Shown here piece by piece: positions 20,945 through 34,569 of a stretch of DNA of 64,000 nucleotides. This DNA is from the human T2T-CHM13v2.0 reference genome, Homo sapiens: NCBI RefSeq assembly GCF_009914755.1, contig NC_060925.1; one strand, 5' to 3'. The notes under the pieces are model-generated. The model saw only the letters and a program-made list of their open reading frames with translations, did not search any database and had not been told where the DNA came from. The first letter of the stretch is position 1, and each line of letters begins with the position of its first letter. Both the position numbers and the translations under genes were made by a program.

Positions 20945-22485
20945 GTGGTGGGTTCCCATGGCCTTGGGCATCTCTGCCTCTGTGGCTTCACAGGGTATAG
21001 CCTCATCCTAGCTGCTTTCCCCGGCTGGTGTTGAGTGTCTGCAGCTTTTCCAGGTGCAGGGACAAGCTGTCGGGGAATCTACCATTCTGGGATCTGGAGG
21101 AAGGTGGCCCTCTTCTCACAGCTCCACTAGGTGGTGCCCCAGCAGGGATCCTGTGTGTGTGCTCTGACCCCATATTTCCCTTCTTTACTGACCTATGAGA
21201 GTTTCTCCATGAAGGCCCCGCCACTGCAGCAAACTTCTGCCTGGACATCTGGGTGTTTCCATATGTCCTGTGAAATCTAGGGGGAGGTTCCCAAACCTCA
21301 ATTCTTGACTTTTGTGCACCTCCAGCTCAATAATACATGGAAAATGCCAAGGACTGGGGCTACCACCCTCTGAGGCAATAGCCTGAGCTGTTCCATGGCC
21401 CCTTTTAGCCATGGCTGAAGGGGCTGGGATGAGGAGCACCAAGTTACTAGGCTGCACACAGCTCAGGGGTCCTATGCCCAGCCGAAGAAATCACTTTTTC
21501 CTCCCAGGCCTCTGGGCCTGTGATAGGAGAGTCGGCTGTGAAGACCCCTGACATGCCCTGGAGACATTTTCCCCATTGCCTTTGAGTTTAACATTTGGCT
21601 CCTCGTTACTTATTCAGAGTTCTGCAGCTGGCTTGAATTTCTTCTCAGAAAAAGAGATTTGCCTTTTCAATCATATCAGGCTGCACATTTTCCAAACTCT
21701 TATGCTCTGTTTCCCATTTTAAAACTGAATGCTTTAACAATATTCAAGTTACCTCTTGAATGCTTTGCTGCTTAGAAACTTCTTCTGCCAGATACACTAA
21801 ATCATCTCCCTCAAGTTCAACAGTTCACAAATCTCTAGGGTAGGGGCAAAATGCCACTAGTCTCTTTGCTAAAACATAAGAAGAGTCACCTTTGCTCCAG
21901 TTCCCAACAAGTTCCTCATCTTTATCTGAGACCACCTCAGCCTGGATTTTATATCATTATTGACATTTTACTCAAAGCCATTAACAAGTCTCTAGGGAGT
22001 TCCAAACCTTCCCACACTTTCCTGTATTCTTCTGAGACCTCCAAACTGTTCCAGTCTCTGTCTGTTACAGAGTCCCAAAGTCACTTACACATTTTTGTGT
22101 ATCGTTTTAGCAGCACTTCACTCCTGGTACCAATTTACCGTATTAGTCCATTTTCTTGCCGCTGATAAAGACATACCCAAGACTGGGAAATTTAGAAGAG
22201 AAAGAGATTTATTGGATTTACAGTTCCACGTGCCTGGGGAGGCCTCACAATTATGGCAGAAGGTAAAAGGCATGTCTCACAGGGCAGTAGACAGGAGAAC
22301 AGAGCTTGTGCAGAGAACATCCCCTTTTTTAAACCATCAGATCTTGTGAGATTATTAACTACCCCGAGAACAGAACAGCATGGGAAAACCTGCCACCATG
22401 GTTCAATTATCTCCCATTGGGTCCCTCCCACAACATGTTGAAATTAAAATTGGGATTTGGGTGGGGACACAGCCAAACCACATCA
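20945..22485 (-). mobile_element. THE1(B) MaLR: 5' LTR (22139-22485) plus truncated internal region
   Basis: LTR gtattagtccatttt...cacagccaaaccacatca abuts the THE1-int start (ctggtaccaatttac). The second LTR is missing. Confidence 0.85.
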
Positions 22486-23275
22486 TTGGGGATGGAACTT
22501 TTTATTGTGAGTATGTCTGCACAAGTTACCTGTGTAGATTTTCTTGTCTGTGTGGCTGTGGGAATGTCTTAGTCAAACACCCCTATGCAAGTTTACTTAT
22601 CTATGACTATAGTTTGATTTTTTAGGCTGTTCTTTTGTTTGAATGAATTCAACTGAGTACCCACCCTAACTGCCTGCCTGACTGGTTTGTTTATTTCTCC
22701 TCTCTCATTTTTACCCACGGGAGTGGAGAGCCTAACTGCTGTTAGCGAGGTGGGGTGATGCTCGCTACTTCCTGCTGGAAAGGGGCATTGTATGGGGAAC
22801 AGCAGCTAGGGTTCCTTCTGTGAGCTTTCTAAGGGTCCTTGGAAGAAATTTGTGTCCATGCATGGTTTCATTTGCATCAACATTTGTAGTTTGATAGACT
22901 TTAGGCAAGAAAAAAAAATGGATTATTAGAGGACATGTATAAAAATGAAACAAGGGGATAGGTAATGAAAGCTCAAAAATCTCAAGGCTTCAGCCATGCC
23001 CAGATAAATAGTGGCTATAGTTATGCCTACTAAGATTTGGGTGCATGGGGCTTTGCTTTGGTGAACTTCCTTGGTTTTATTTTCCCAAACAAAGAAACCT
23101 CTGGGTTATGGGTACCCTGTATACTCCCATAACCTGGTAGGATTTGCAGGATAATAGCCCAAAACTAGAATATTGATTCAGATTTTTACACTACTTATTC
23201 CTTTTTTATTTTGAGTTGCAGCCAGAGATTGCTGGTTTGTTTACAGGAATAAGCAGAGTTATTCTAAAATGTACG

Positions 23276-23629
23276 TGATATGGTTTGGCTTTGTCCCCAC
23301 CCAAGTCTCTTCTCGAATTGTAGCTCCCATAATTCCCATGTGTTGTGGGAGGGATCTGTGCGAGATAATTGAATCATGATGGGTGTTTTTCCCCATACTG
23401 TTCTCATGGTAGTGAATAAGTCTCAGGAGATCTGATGGTATTATAGGAGGAAATCCCTTTCATTTGGTTTTCATCCTCTTTCTTGTCTACTTCCAAGTTT
23501 TTGCCTTCCATCATGATTGTGAGGCCTCCCTAACCATGTGAAATTGTGAGTCCATTAAACATCCTTTTTAAAATAAATTACCCAGTGTCAGATGTGTCTT
23601 TGCTAGAAGCATGAGAACAGACTAATAGA
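23276..23629 (+). mobile_element. THE1 solo LTR nested in the ERV internal region
   Basis: tgatatggtttggctttgtccccaccc...cagactaataga; imperfect 5-bp TSD gtacg/gtagg. Confidence 0.88.
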
Positions 23630-26133
23630 GTAGGCAAAACTTAAAAACAACTAATGAGATTAGAATTTAATGACAAGTGTATGATAAGTTTTGAATCAAA
23701 TTTTGCTCTCTCCAGTCCTCATTTTTGTTCAAAACAAATCATGATAGTCATTTTGTTAAAAACAAATTACGACTGAGTTGTTTGCAATGTAAACTTAGGC
23801 TCATACTTGGCTTGATTATTTGCATAATGTGCAGCAAAAATAATTATTTTTGCAGTCTTTTAAAATAAGCTTTGATGGAACTCTGTTCCACAAGAGATCT
23901 CAGATAGGACTTTTTTAAAGCCAAGCCCGGCCATGAGTTTGTACCCTCAAATACCTATGAGTTGAGTGAATTCCTCTCTTCTTAATGTCACAAGAATATG
24001 TGGTTCCTGGGACTGTTATATAGTGACATTCTTTACTCATCACAGATTAGAAACCCCGTACACAGATTATGTAGACAAGGTAGGAGGCCACATTTCCCAA
24101 TGGGCTTTTATTGGCTCTGTAAGTGAAGCTTGATTCCTCAAAGAGAAGCATATCCATCCAATCAAAGCCTTGGTAAAACAACCAGTTTCTCCAATTGTGT
24201 CATGTTGCAAAAGAAAATGAATTCTTACTGCACTGGTGCAAACAACGATATTGCCATAAGTTTAGAATATTCCCAAATAGTTTCCAAATTCTGGAGTAAC
24301 TTGGCAGAGAGAAACAAATACGCTCCAAATTTTGTTCACTGGTGTATACCTTACTTAATTCTTAAAAGCTGTAGATAGCTTAAAAGAAAGGTTTCCTTAA
24401 CTCTGAAGAACAAAACAAAGAACAGCAATGTTTTAAGCAAAAAGTAAAAAAAGATTATTTCAGACTTCTATTAGTTTAGTTCATGCAGTTAACTCCTGTC
24501 TGATATTCATAAACAGTTAAGATCTTCATGACTCTTGTATGATTTCTTTTATTCTCATGTCATGATTTCCAAAGTTATCAGAAACCTGCATTTGAGAGCA
24601 CATTGTAAAGTCCTACAGCTGATTGTAAAACATCTTTTGAAGAGGATTAAAACAAGACAACATTTATCTGTAGATGACATAGTGTTCAGGTTAGTTACAG
24701 TGAAAAACATGACTGGCAAAGATATTTGGTTATTTCTGTGGTTTGCAATAACTTAATACAATAATCCTAATTATGATCCATAGCATATTCTCAAGCATTA
24801 GAATTTTTAAAATCCCATACAATTTTGGAACATATATTAATATTATCACTAAAATATAACCTGAATAAGGTTAAACATAATTTTGTCAATCCCACTTACA
24901 TGAACCTGTCAAAAAATTCTGTTTACTTCTCTTCTGGATGCTTCAGGGCCCTCTGTAGCATACAAAAGGTAGGGTTCAGGAGAGACAATTTTGAATGTGA
25001 AGTTTGATTTTGGGAAGCCTGTCAAATGTTACAGGTTTAAAACACTTGATAGTGTGAAATACAATTCCAGGTAACACATAAGTTATTTATTTTGGCAAAA
25101 GGATGACTCAGAAATTTTAAAACTAGGCAACATCCTTTACTCCTTAAGAGGGAGGACTTCGCTTTCCAAACAGTTTGTCTCCTGTCTACTCTTTTCTCTC
25201 TTTGGCAGTCTCCCAACAAGGCAAACAAAATATTTCATTATTCTTCTCTATTACATGAAAAATCTGTACAAGGGAAAGAAAGCCAAATTTTACCCTTACA
25301 TTGGTTTCAAAATAATCCTTTTTCATTGGCAAGGTTTATATTTTATGCCTTTTTATAATCTTTTATGACAAACACATTTTACTGTTCTTACACACCTTGC
25401 AGGTAAATTTATTTTTAGTTGTCTTATTTACATGTTTTAATGGTAAATCTTACCAATTTTAACGTTAATATAAAACCTGGTAAGTTGTTTTAATTATGTA
25501 CTAGATGCAGATAAAGTCTGATTTTTCCATCATATTTAGGGGCATGGTTAATTTCATATGTCCCCAGGCCTTACCAAGTTGTAAGGTAGGTAGCATACAA
25601 CCTTGAAACATTTAGCAAACCTGGTATCTAACTTACATGATTTAAACTTTCTATTTACATTTTGATGACATTTGCATTGTACCAATTTCATCTTTAAAAC
25701 AATTACTATTTCTTAGAGGTTAAAGTCCCATAAACTAAAAGGCATTAGAGTTTTAACTTTCCTCTAAAATATTTGATTTAAGTGCTTATTTTTATTTAAG
25801 GCAATCAATTAGAGCTCATTAGAGACATCACACACAACACATATATCACTACACAGGCAAACAGAAGAAGATCCAGTAGTTCTAAGATTTTTTTCTTGTC
25901 CCATTTCCTAATTGAATTATTAGCTTTCCAGTGGAGCCCTTTAAGAGCAAGGATAGAAAACCATGAAGTTTCTAGGGCCTAATCAACTTGTATAGCTGTA
26001 AGACAAAAGCAGATTTTGAGTGGAATCTATCTATGAGCCTCTAAATTCTGGTATTCCATGAGGAAAACAGAGGTTTCTCCCAAAATGGAACCCATCATGC
26101 CTTTTCTGTTTTTCCCAAGAAGTATCAGGCCAG

Positions 26134-26261
26134 CAAAAGTTATCTTGGGTTCATTAAGAGTGGAAAGACAGAGTGGAGAAAACTTATTCAGTCAAAACAA
26201 AAGTTATCTTGGGTTCATTAAGAGTGGAAAGACAGAGTGGAGAAAACTTATTCAGTCAACA
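26134..26261. repeat. 64-bp tandem duplication
   Basis: Unit starts at 26134 and 26198, with one mismatch between copies. Confidence 0.95.
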
Positions 26262-28790
26262 CAAAAGTTCTTTTCAAGAAAAACACAATCCAAGAAGAGA
26301 AAAACATAAAGGCCTTTTAAATATACCTATAACATGAATATCCACTTTTAATCAAGCTGAGCATTCTTTAAGAAAATCATTTGAAATATGCTGTTACCTG
26401 ACTTTAGCTAAATCAAGCAGGTAATATTTCTGGCTTTTGACTTTACCAAAAGTAATATCAAAGGTGAAACAACAACTCTCAATTAGGTTATAAGTTAACC
26501 ACGAGTATACAAGATATCTTATAAGTGGTGGTAAGCAGCTTTTACCAGATCTAGAACCTTTAAAGTCAATTCAGAGAAAAGAAGATTTCAGAAAGGAAGT
26601 TAGAGTTGTTCATGGAGGAGGAAGAGAAGATTAAAAGTCACACAGCTATTAACTTGTAAGTATTCATTACCCAAACCAGGAGCGAACCCGGGCCACCATT
26701 ATAAAAAGGCAATGGCTAAAAAGAAGTACTGCCACATTGTTACAGGTTATGGTCAAGGACATAAAACAAGATGGAGACTTGCAGCAAAGTTTGTTACTAA
26801 CCAGTTTACAGGGGTGACTTGAACAGTGAGCTTACGGAGTCCCAGGCCTGGATTCCGTTCCAAGGTACCCTCTCTCTGATTGTTTCTTGTATTTTCTCTC
26901 CTTTTTCTGAGACTCCTCCTAGTACCTGTTATGAAAGACTGGGGTGGCTACTCTTAGAAGGTTTTTTAAGGTGCCATCTGGTTCTATAGCCTGTTTCTGT
27001 AGCTTCCTTCAAATATCAGGAGCTGCTTGAGTAAACCTGTCTTTCAAGATGAGCTGTCCCTCAATTGAATTACGAGATAGGGAAGCATGTTTTGCCAAAG
27101 TCTCTCTCAGCCTTTATAAAAAGGCTGAGGGATTTTCATCTGGGTTTTGATCTATCATGGATAGCTTAGAGTAGTTAACAGGTTTGGCTCTGGTCCCCTG
27201 TAAGACTTCTACCGTATACATCTGAAAGTGTTTCTATTTTTCAATCATCTATGGGCTTAGTAGGGTTCCAATTAGAGTTTTCAAGGGATACTGCCTCTTT
27301 TCCTACTGGGAATGGGGATTCTGCCTGTTTCTCACCCTCTTTCCCTTTTTGACTGGCTATAGGAAACATGCTGCTCATCTCTGATTTTTTCTGCTACCTG
27401 TAGGGCTGCCTGTCTCTCAACAGCAGTTAGGGTTTCAGAGTAACATAACATCCTTCTAGGAGAGTTTAAATACTTGGGTTATATCCTGGAAGGCCTCTAT
27501 ACATGAGAGAAGTTGGCACTTGCCCAGAGCGAACTTCAGGCTCTGAAGTCTAAAGAATAACTCAAGGGGAATGCAGGCTTGAAGATGGGGTGTTACCCAT
27601 GCATAAAAAGAGGGGAGTAGAAGGTGTCCCTTAGTCTCCTTTCAACTTTTGAAGTGACCCAGGTTGAAGAGAAAGATTACAGGGGTGTCCCTCTTCTCTT
27701 TCCTCCCATCTCCTTTGGGTCCTGGCAACCATCATAGGTGCAGCCCATGGATGCAAGCATGAATTGCACCCATGTATCTGGAGGTGCTAGTTGGCAGGGG
27801 TAGTCATGCTTACCAGCACAATGCCTCATCTCACTGCCCTTCTGGGTTCCTAGGCCTCCCAGGAGATTGTACAGTAGATAAAGTTGGGTGAGACACTTTA
27901 ACAGAGGGAGTGTTTTAACCCTATTCCTGCTTCCTCTAGCTATGGCCCTGGAAAAGCAGTGCATTCCCAGAAAATTTTACCCATTGCCTTTTAAACACAA
28001 AATCCCCTTTCTGATTAAATGCCAATGTTGTTGGAAGCAGAACAGGTGCCTCAAAAGAACATATGGATTTAATGGCTGTCCTCCTTCTGATGGGAACAGC
28101 ACTGAGGCTAGAATTTGTCTCTCAAGGGTGGCTTCCTCCCAACTGTTGAATGCGGAGTTTTTTTCCCTACAAATGGGGCATAGAGTCTGCTTGCTGACAG
28201 AGGAACACAAAAGTGGAAGAAATCTGGGTATTAGAGGTTTTTGGCAAAGGGCCAACAAGACTCTATGCAGAAAAAAATCCTATCTCATGAGGTGGTGCTG
28301 TAGGTTTTGAAAATTTAGGTAAAATCTGTGACTCTAAATTTCTTCCAGGCAGAAGCTAGAAAGAGAGGTTTGAGGTTTAACAGACTGTCACTATATATGC
28401 CTCCCAGCTGTAGAAAATTAACTTGTCTCATTAATAAACTGTTCAAATTCATTTAGCAGTGGTGAGCTTTTACATGAAGGAAAAGCAACTAAAATGGAGA
28501 GGGATGAGGGTATTCACTCGGGATGAAATATCTTTTCATAGAGTACCATGAATGACTGTTATTGTGGGACAAAAAGCACTTACTGGGTGAAGGTTTAGAC
28601 TGAAATCTTGAAATCCCCTGGTATTTTGAGTTTCTGCTTAGCCTTTCCAAAGGAATAAAATCAGATATGTATCTATCTCAGTGAGCAGAGGAGTGACTTT
28701 GAGTAGAATGGGAGGAAGGTTTGTCCTAGGCAGTTTCCCGCTTGAATTTTCCCTAGTGATTTCAGGGGCCCAGTATATTGTCCTTTCACA

Positions 28791-29845
28791 CATCTGACAA
28801 GTAATTGATAACCAGAATATCTAAGCAGCTCAAACAATTCTAGAGGAAACATATCTAATAGTTGGATCAAAAAGTGGGCAAAAGATTTAAATAGACATTT
28901 CTCAAAAGCAGACAGACATATGGCAAACAAGCAAATGAAAATGTGCTCAACATCATCGATCAGAGAAATACAAATAATAACTACAATGAGATATTATCTC
29001 ACCCCAGTTAAAATGGCTTTTATATAAAGACAGGCAATAAGGATTGCTGGTGAGGATGTGGAGTAAAGTGAACCATCATACACTTTTTATGGTTATGTAA
29101 ATTAGTACAGCTGCTATGGAAAACAGTTTGGAGGTTCATCAAAAAACTAAAAATAGAGCTATGATGTGATCCAGCAATCTCACAGCTAGGTATATACCCA
29201 AAAGTAAGAAAATCAGTATATTGAAATGATATCTGCACTCCCATGTTTATTCCAGCCCTGTTCACAATAGCTAAGACTTGGAAACAACCTAAATATCCAT
29301 CAACAGATGAATGGATAAAGAAAATGTGGTACATACATACAATGGAGTACTATTCAGCTATAAAAAAAAATGAGATCCTGTCATTTGCAACAACATAGAT
29401 GGAACTGTACATTATTATGTGAAGTAAAATAAGCCAGGCCCAGAAAGACAAACATCACATGTTCTCATTTATTTGTGGGAGCTAGAAATACAAACAGTGG
29501 AACTCATGGTCATAAAGAGTAGAAAGATGGTTACTAGAGGCTGAGAAGGGTGGATGGGAAGCAAGTGGGAATGTTCAATGGGTATAGAAAACAGAAGAAT
29601 GAAAAAGACCTAGTATTTGACAGCACAACAGGGTGACTATAGTCAATAACAACTTAATTGTGCATTTTAAAATAAATAAAAGAATATAATTGGATTGTAA
29701 CATAAAGGATAAATGCTTGTGGTGATGGATAACCCATTTACCCTAATGTTATTATTACACATTGTCTGCCTGTATCAAAATATGACACATGCCCTGTAAG
29801 TTTATACACCTGCAATGTACCAACAACAATTAAAAATTTAAAAAG
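28791..29845 (+). mobile_element. L1MA-type 3' fragment (ORF2 end plus 3' UTR)
   Basis: agacatttctcaaaag, gagtactattcagc, tcatttgcaacaacatagatggaact and an A-rich end. Paralog at about 61751-62815. Confidence 0.85.
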
Positions 29846-30998
29846 GTGTATCCTTCCCAGTGAACCAAAATATTTTACATTGATAACTTTTAAGTTATCA
29901 TAGTGTGTTGGAATAATCACAGCTTTGGAAAGAAAAAAATTATAGATATAAACTTTCAAAGATGGCAGGAGATATAGATCTCTCTTTAGTGGATTAAAAT
30001 ATGCCATTTGTTATTAACATCACACTGAGATTTTTTAACACAGGACATCTTCTGGAAATGATATGATTATAGGAGTTATAGGAAAAAGCGTTTTTTCATA
30101 CTGTGATTACCTATGCTATGAAGAAAGGAGATATTTCCTCTATGATGTCTAATTTAGCATAATTATTGTTTTTAAACTATATTTAGATTTAATTAAGAGA
30201 TACACAAACAAATTACTTTTAGTAGTAAGAAGATTTTTAAAAATTTTTTGTGTAAGATGACTATGTAGTAAAGAAGGTTACAAACTTACTTTTTAACGTA
30301 GAAAAATAATCTCACCTTCTTGCCCCATGGAAAATTGAAATGTTATGTGGAACCCAGTGTAGAAAAACTCTCAGTGAGGTTTTCTGTCTTAAGTTTCAGT
30401 GGATTGAGGTGAGATCAACGCCTGTTCCACCTTTTTCCTCCCTGTCCTAGCAGGCTTGAAAACATTTATACAGCCATAAAATGTTGCCTTTAAATTCAAG
30501 TATAGAAAATAAAATTTAAAATGTGATATTTTTATATATTTTATTTTAATATCTTACATGGGAAATGTTTTTGAAATGTTAAAAAATTAAAATTTTTAAA
30601 AGAGTACTGTGAAATAATCTAATCACATGTGGAAATTTTGTTACTATTTCCCCAAGCATTTTTGGTACATTTAATGAGTTGAATGTAACTCATAAGTAGA
30701 TAAAAATGTTTAATATTTAATTTTCTGCTGCAATAATGTTACAAAACAACCTTAAATTCTCAGTAACGTTAAACAACATATTTTTTTCTCCCAAATTTCC
30801 AGGTTATTTAAGGGCAGTTCTGCTTCATATTGCAGTTTGCCTGGGCTTTACTCCAGGCTGTGTGTTGGAGTTAGGTCTAATATATTGTATCCCTACGTAT
30901 CCCAGTTAGAAAGCCTAACAGATTTCTTTGTACTTCAGTCAGCTCGATTGTATTTGTCATTCAAAAGCCAAAGCATTTATCCTAACACCAATTGCTTC

Positions 30999-31217
30999 TT
31001 TTTTTTTTTTAGATGGAGTTTCACTCTTGTTGCCCAGGCTGTGGTGCAATGGCACGATCCTGGCTCACTGCAATTTCCGCTTCCCGGGTTCAAGGGATCC
31101 TGAGATGGGGTTTCTTCGTGTTAATCAGGCTGGTCTCAAACTCTCGACCTCAGTTGATACGTCTGCCTCAGGCTCCCAAAGTGCTGGGATTACAGGCGTA
31201 AGCCACTGCACCCAGCC
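30999..31217 (-). mobile_element. AluS with internal deletion
   Basis: Poly(T) then Alu; the sequence jumps from caagggatcc to gagatggggtttc near 31100, losing the central linker. Confidence 0.85.
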
Positions 31218-32548
31218 TAACTGACTGCTTCTTTTGTTCTGTAGTCTTTCTCCAAAACTGTTTTTCTCTGTACTCACTTTCACCTTCTCTCACACATATA
31301 TGTCCCTCATGTCCCTTTATGTCTCCAGGGTCTTCTATTTCCACGTAATCTTAATTGTTCATCATATCCTGGACTCATGAGTAATTAATCTGTTATTCTC
31401 CCTGAAAGTGCAGCCTTGTTGAATAGAATGTGTTCTTTAAAGAGCAGCTTTGTTTCTCGAGTGAGGTATTAACTTCCAGATTTAAGTGAAAATGAGTTCC
31501 AAGTTTTATGTTTCATTGTGTGTCTAAGACTGACACCGTTTATTACTGTGGCACTTACAGCTTGCTTTCAATGCCTCCAAATTCTCTATCTGAAGGGCTG
31601 GGTACCATATCTCATGTCTGAACATATTCCTCAGAATCATGCAGTACCAGCTATGTTCCTTCTTTATATTATGGCTCCTGAGGTGCCTGTTAAGCAGCCA
31701 GGTGAAATTGCCTTTTAATCAGTATAGGAACAGTCTCTTTCCTGCTGATGCTAATGCTTTTTGTAAAAAGGTCATGCTGTATTGAAGTTCTTCTTTCACG
31801 GCAAAACCACTAATGGAACTCATCTACTTACTGATGGGTGGAAGCTCTTTGTATGCCAAAGTCTTGTTTTGTTTGTGAAGAATCTCTTTCCCTCAACAGT
31901 GATGTGCTACGTTAGGTCTCAAATCATTGTTGCTTTTTAATCCAAATTTATGACAAAGATTTTCAGTTTGTATGCATAATTTCCTTCTCTGGCCTTAACC
32001 ATCAGTCTGTGGACTTGCCAAGCAACAACAACAACAAGAACAACAAGTCTGAGGTCAAGAGACACTATTTAGATCTCAGAATCATTTGTTGTCCTTTATC
32101 CTTTGACAAAGTTTTGCCTTTCTTTCTTTATGAGATTTTTTCCCTAATGGTTTCTCAATCTCTTGAGAAGAAGAAAGTTCTTGACTCTTGCAGTCTTTCT
32201 CATTAGTTGAATTATACCATCAGTACAGCTTCTGATCATGTCGAGAAATCCACCATGAAGAAATAAAACATTTCCGATTACATGGATTACGTTTCTTGGA
32301 TTCTTATAGGCATTAAACTTCATTCTAGGATACAACCTCATGATCTTGTCTTATTCTCAGAACAAGAAATATATTACTATATACATTACAATATATATAT
32401 ATTGCAGTTTCCTTGCTATATATATATATATATGTATGTATTATAGTAAACCCTGTAGGCAAGCAGGAACACTTCAGAAGTCTCAATGAATCCATCATTA
32501 GCTGTTAGTAATGACAACACTGTTAGAATTATTTCAATAATCACACAT

Positions 32549-32852
32549 TGTTATGGTCTGAATGTGCACCCCCAAATGTAATATGTTGAAATTTTAACAC
32601 CTGAGGGCATAGTATTAGGAACTTGGGAGTGGAACTCTTTTTAGTGCTATTATGAATAAGATGCTTGCCTTTTCCAGCAAATGAGGACACAGCCACAAGC
32701 TGCCCTCTAGGAACTATGAAGTTAGTCTTCACCAGACACAAAATCTGCTTGATTTTGAATTTAGCCTCCCGAACTGTGGAAAATAAATTTCTGCTTTTAT
32801 AAGCCACTCAATTTATGGTATTTGGTTATTGTATCCCAAACAGACTAAAACA
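32549..32852 (+). mobile_element. MLT1A/MST-type MaLR solo LTR
   Basis: tgttatggtctgaatg...cagactaaaaca; perfect 5-bp TSD cacat (32544-32548 and 32853-32857). Confidence 0.8.
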
Positions 32853-33756
32853 CACATTATTTACCTCCTTTTTGGACTGTCTGGGGTTGTTGCTTTAAAC
32901 TTGCTTCAGTGCCTAGAACTGCTCCAAGCTCCCTGTCCTCTGGCACACACGTATAAATAATTCTGCTGGAAACCGACATGTTTCACTCAGTCATCCAAAT
33001 GTATTTATAATGTTGTCCAAATATATAGCACTTGTTACAATGTTTACATTTTAGACATATTTTGAGATATGTGCCTTAACAGAGTGCTGTGATTATTATT
33101 AATATTTAGTAACTTATCTTACCAGACCTAAACTCAAAGTTTTTCACAATGGCAATGCCTTATTTGGGACTTATTTGGGACTGAATGTATGAAGATCTTA
33201 CATTGAGTCCAAATTGATTTCTCTGTTAGTCTCGCAATAACATTAAAGCCACAGAATTATCTGCTGTATATTTCTTGTCTTGTTGTAGCTGATATTCTAC
33301 ATATTAGGACAATTAGGACATTAGTAATATCTATTAACCTTAGAATAAAATGTCATATTGAAATTGAAGAGGAATATTGGAACTTTGCTAAGAAAGAATG
33401 CTTTTCACACACAATGATATCTAAAATGGAGCCTCTGTTCCTGGAGGTATATTTTACAAAAATTCAGTGTTACTATAGGAATTCTGTACACTTCTTTCTT
33501 AGACATTTGTATTCCATCAGTGTCAGTCCTCTCTGTATTTTAAACTAAATAGGATTTCTTTTTCCATCTTTCTGTTTGACAAGTATTGTTTTGCTGAAAA
33601 TTTGCTATTCATGTTCTTTTAACTCATTAGAAAGAATATTTAGGGTCTTTAGTGACAAATGACATGGTATAAATGAAAAGAAAACACTGACATTGTAATT
33701 GAGAAATACTAATTAATTAGGAGAATATTATTTAAAAACATTGTTTAAATATTTCT

Positions 33757-34569
33757 TTGTTTTATTATTATTATACTTTAAGTTTTAGGTTACATGTGCA
33801 CAATGTGCAGGTTAGTACATATGTATACATGTGCCATGCTGGTGTGCTGCACCCATTAACTCATCATTTAGCATTAGGTATATCTCCTAATGCTAAACCC
33901 TCCCCCCTCCCCCAACCCCACAACAGTCCCCAGAGTGTGATGTTCCCCTTCCTGTGTCCATGTGTTCTCATTGTTCAATTCCCATCTATGAGTGAGAATA
34001 TGTGGTGTTTGGTTTTTTGTCCTTGTGATAGTTTACTGAGAATGATGATTTCCAGTTTCATCCATGTCCCTACAAAGGACATGAACTCATCCTTTTATAT
34101 GGCTGCATAGTATTCCATGGTGTATATGTGCCACATTTTCTTAATCCAGTCTACCATTGATGGACATTTGGGTTGGTTCCAAGTCTTTGCTATTGTGAAT
34201 AGTGCCGCAATAAACATACGTGTGCATGTGTCTTTATAGCAGCATGATTTATAGTCCTTTGGGTATATACCCAGTAATGGGATGGCTGGGTCAAATGGTA
34301 TTTCTAGTTCTAGATCCCTGATGAATCGCCACACTGACTTCCACAATGGTTGAACTAGTTTACAGTCCCACCAACAGTGTAAAAGTGTTCCTATTTCTCC
34401 ACATCCTCTCCAGCCTACAATGAACTCAAACAAATTTACAAGAAATAAACAAACAACCCCATCAAAAAGTGGGCAAAGGATATGAACAGACACTTCTCAA
34501 AAGAAGACATTTATGCAGCCAAAAGACACATGAAAAAATGCTCATCATCACTGGCCATCAGAGAAATGC
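33757..34569 (-). mobile_element. 5'-inverted L1PA (PA3/PA4-like) insertion
   Basis: Minus-strand L1 3' end from 33757 to 34414 encodes the ORF2p C-terminus (HCWWDCKLVQPLWK). Forward segment 34415-34572. Direct repeat aaaacattgtttaaatatttct on both sides. Confidence 0.92.

Larger units (their letters stand above)
22486..28790 (-). mobile_element. MER4-group class I ERV remnant: partial MER4A-type 5' LTR (about 28620-28790) plus internal region with gag relic
   Basis: Minus-strand start tgtgaaaggacaatatactgggcccc matches the MER4A LTR from recall. Minus strand about 27190-26890 translates KPVNYSKLSMIDQNPDENPSAFL*RLRETLAKH...EGQLILKDRFTQAAPDI*RKLQK, a capsid major homology region with stop codons. 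Confidence 0.8.

Noticed and set aside
27888-28310. 140-aa ORF also present as a 130-aa ORF at 60848-61240
   Set aside because: GTG start, antisense to the ERV leader region and different stop positions; sharing is explained by the segmental duplication.
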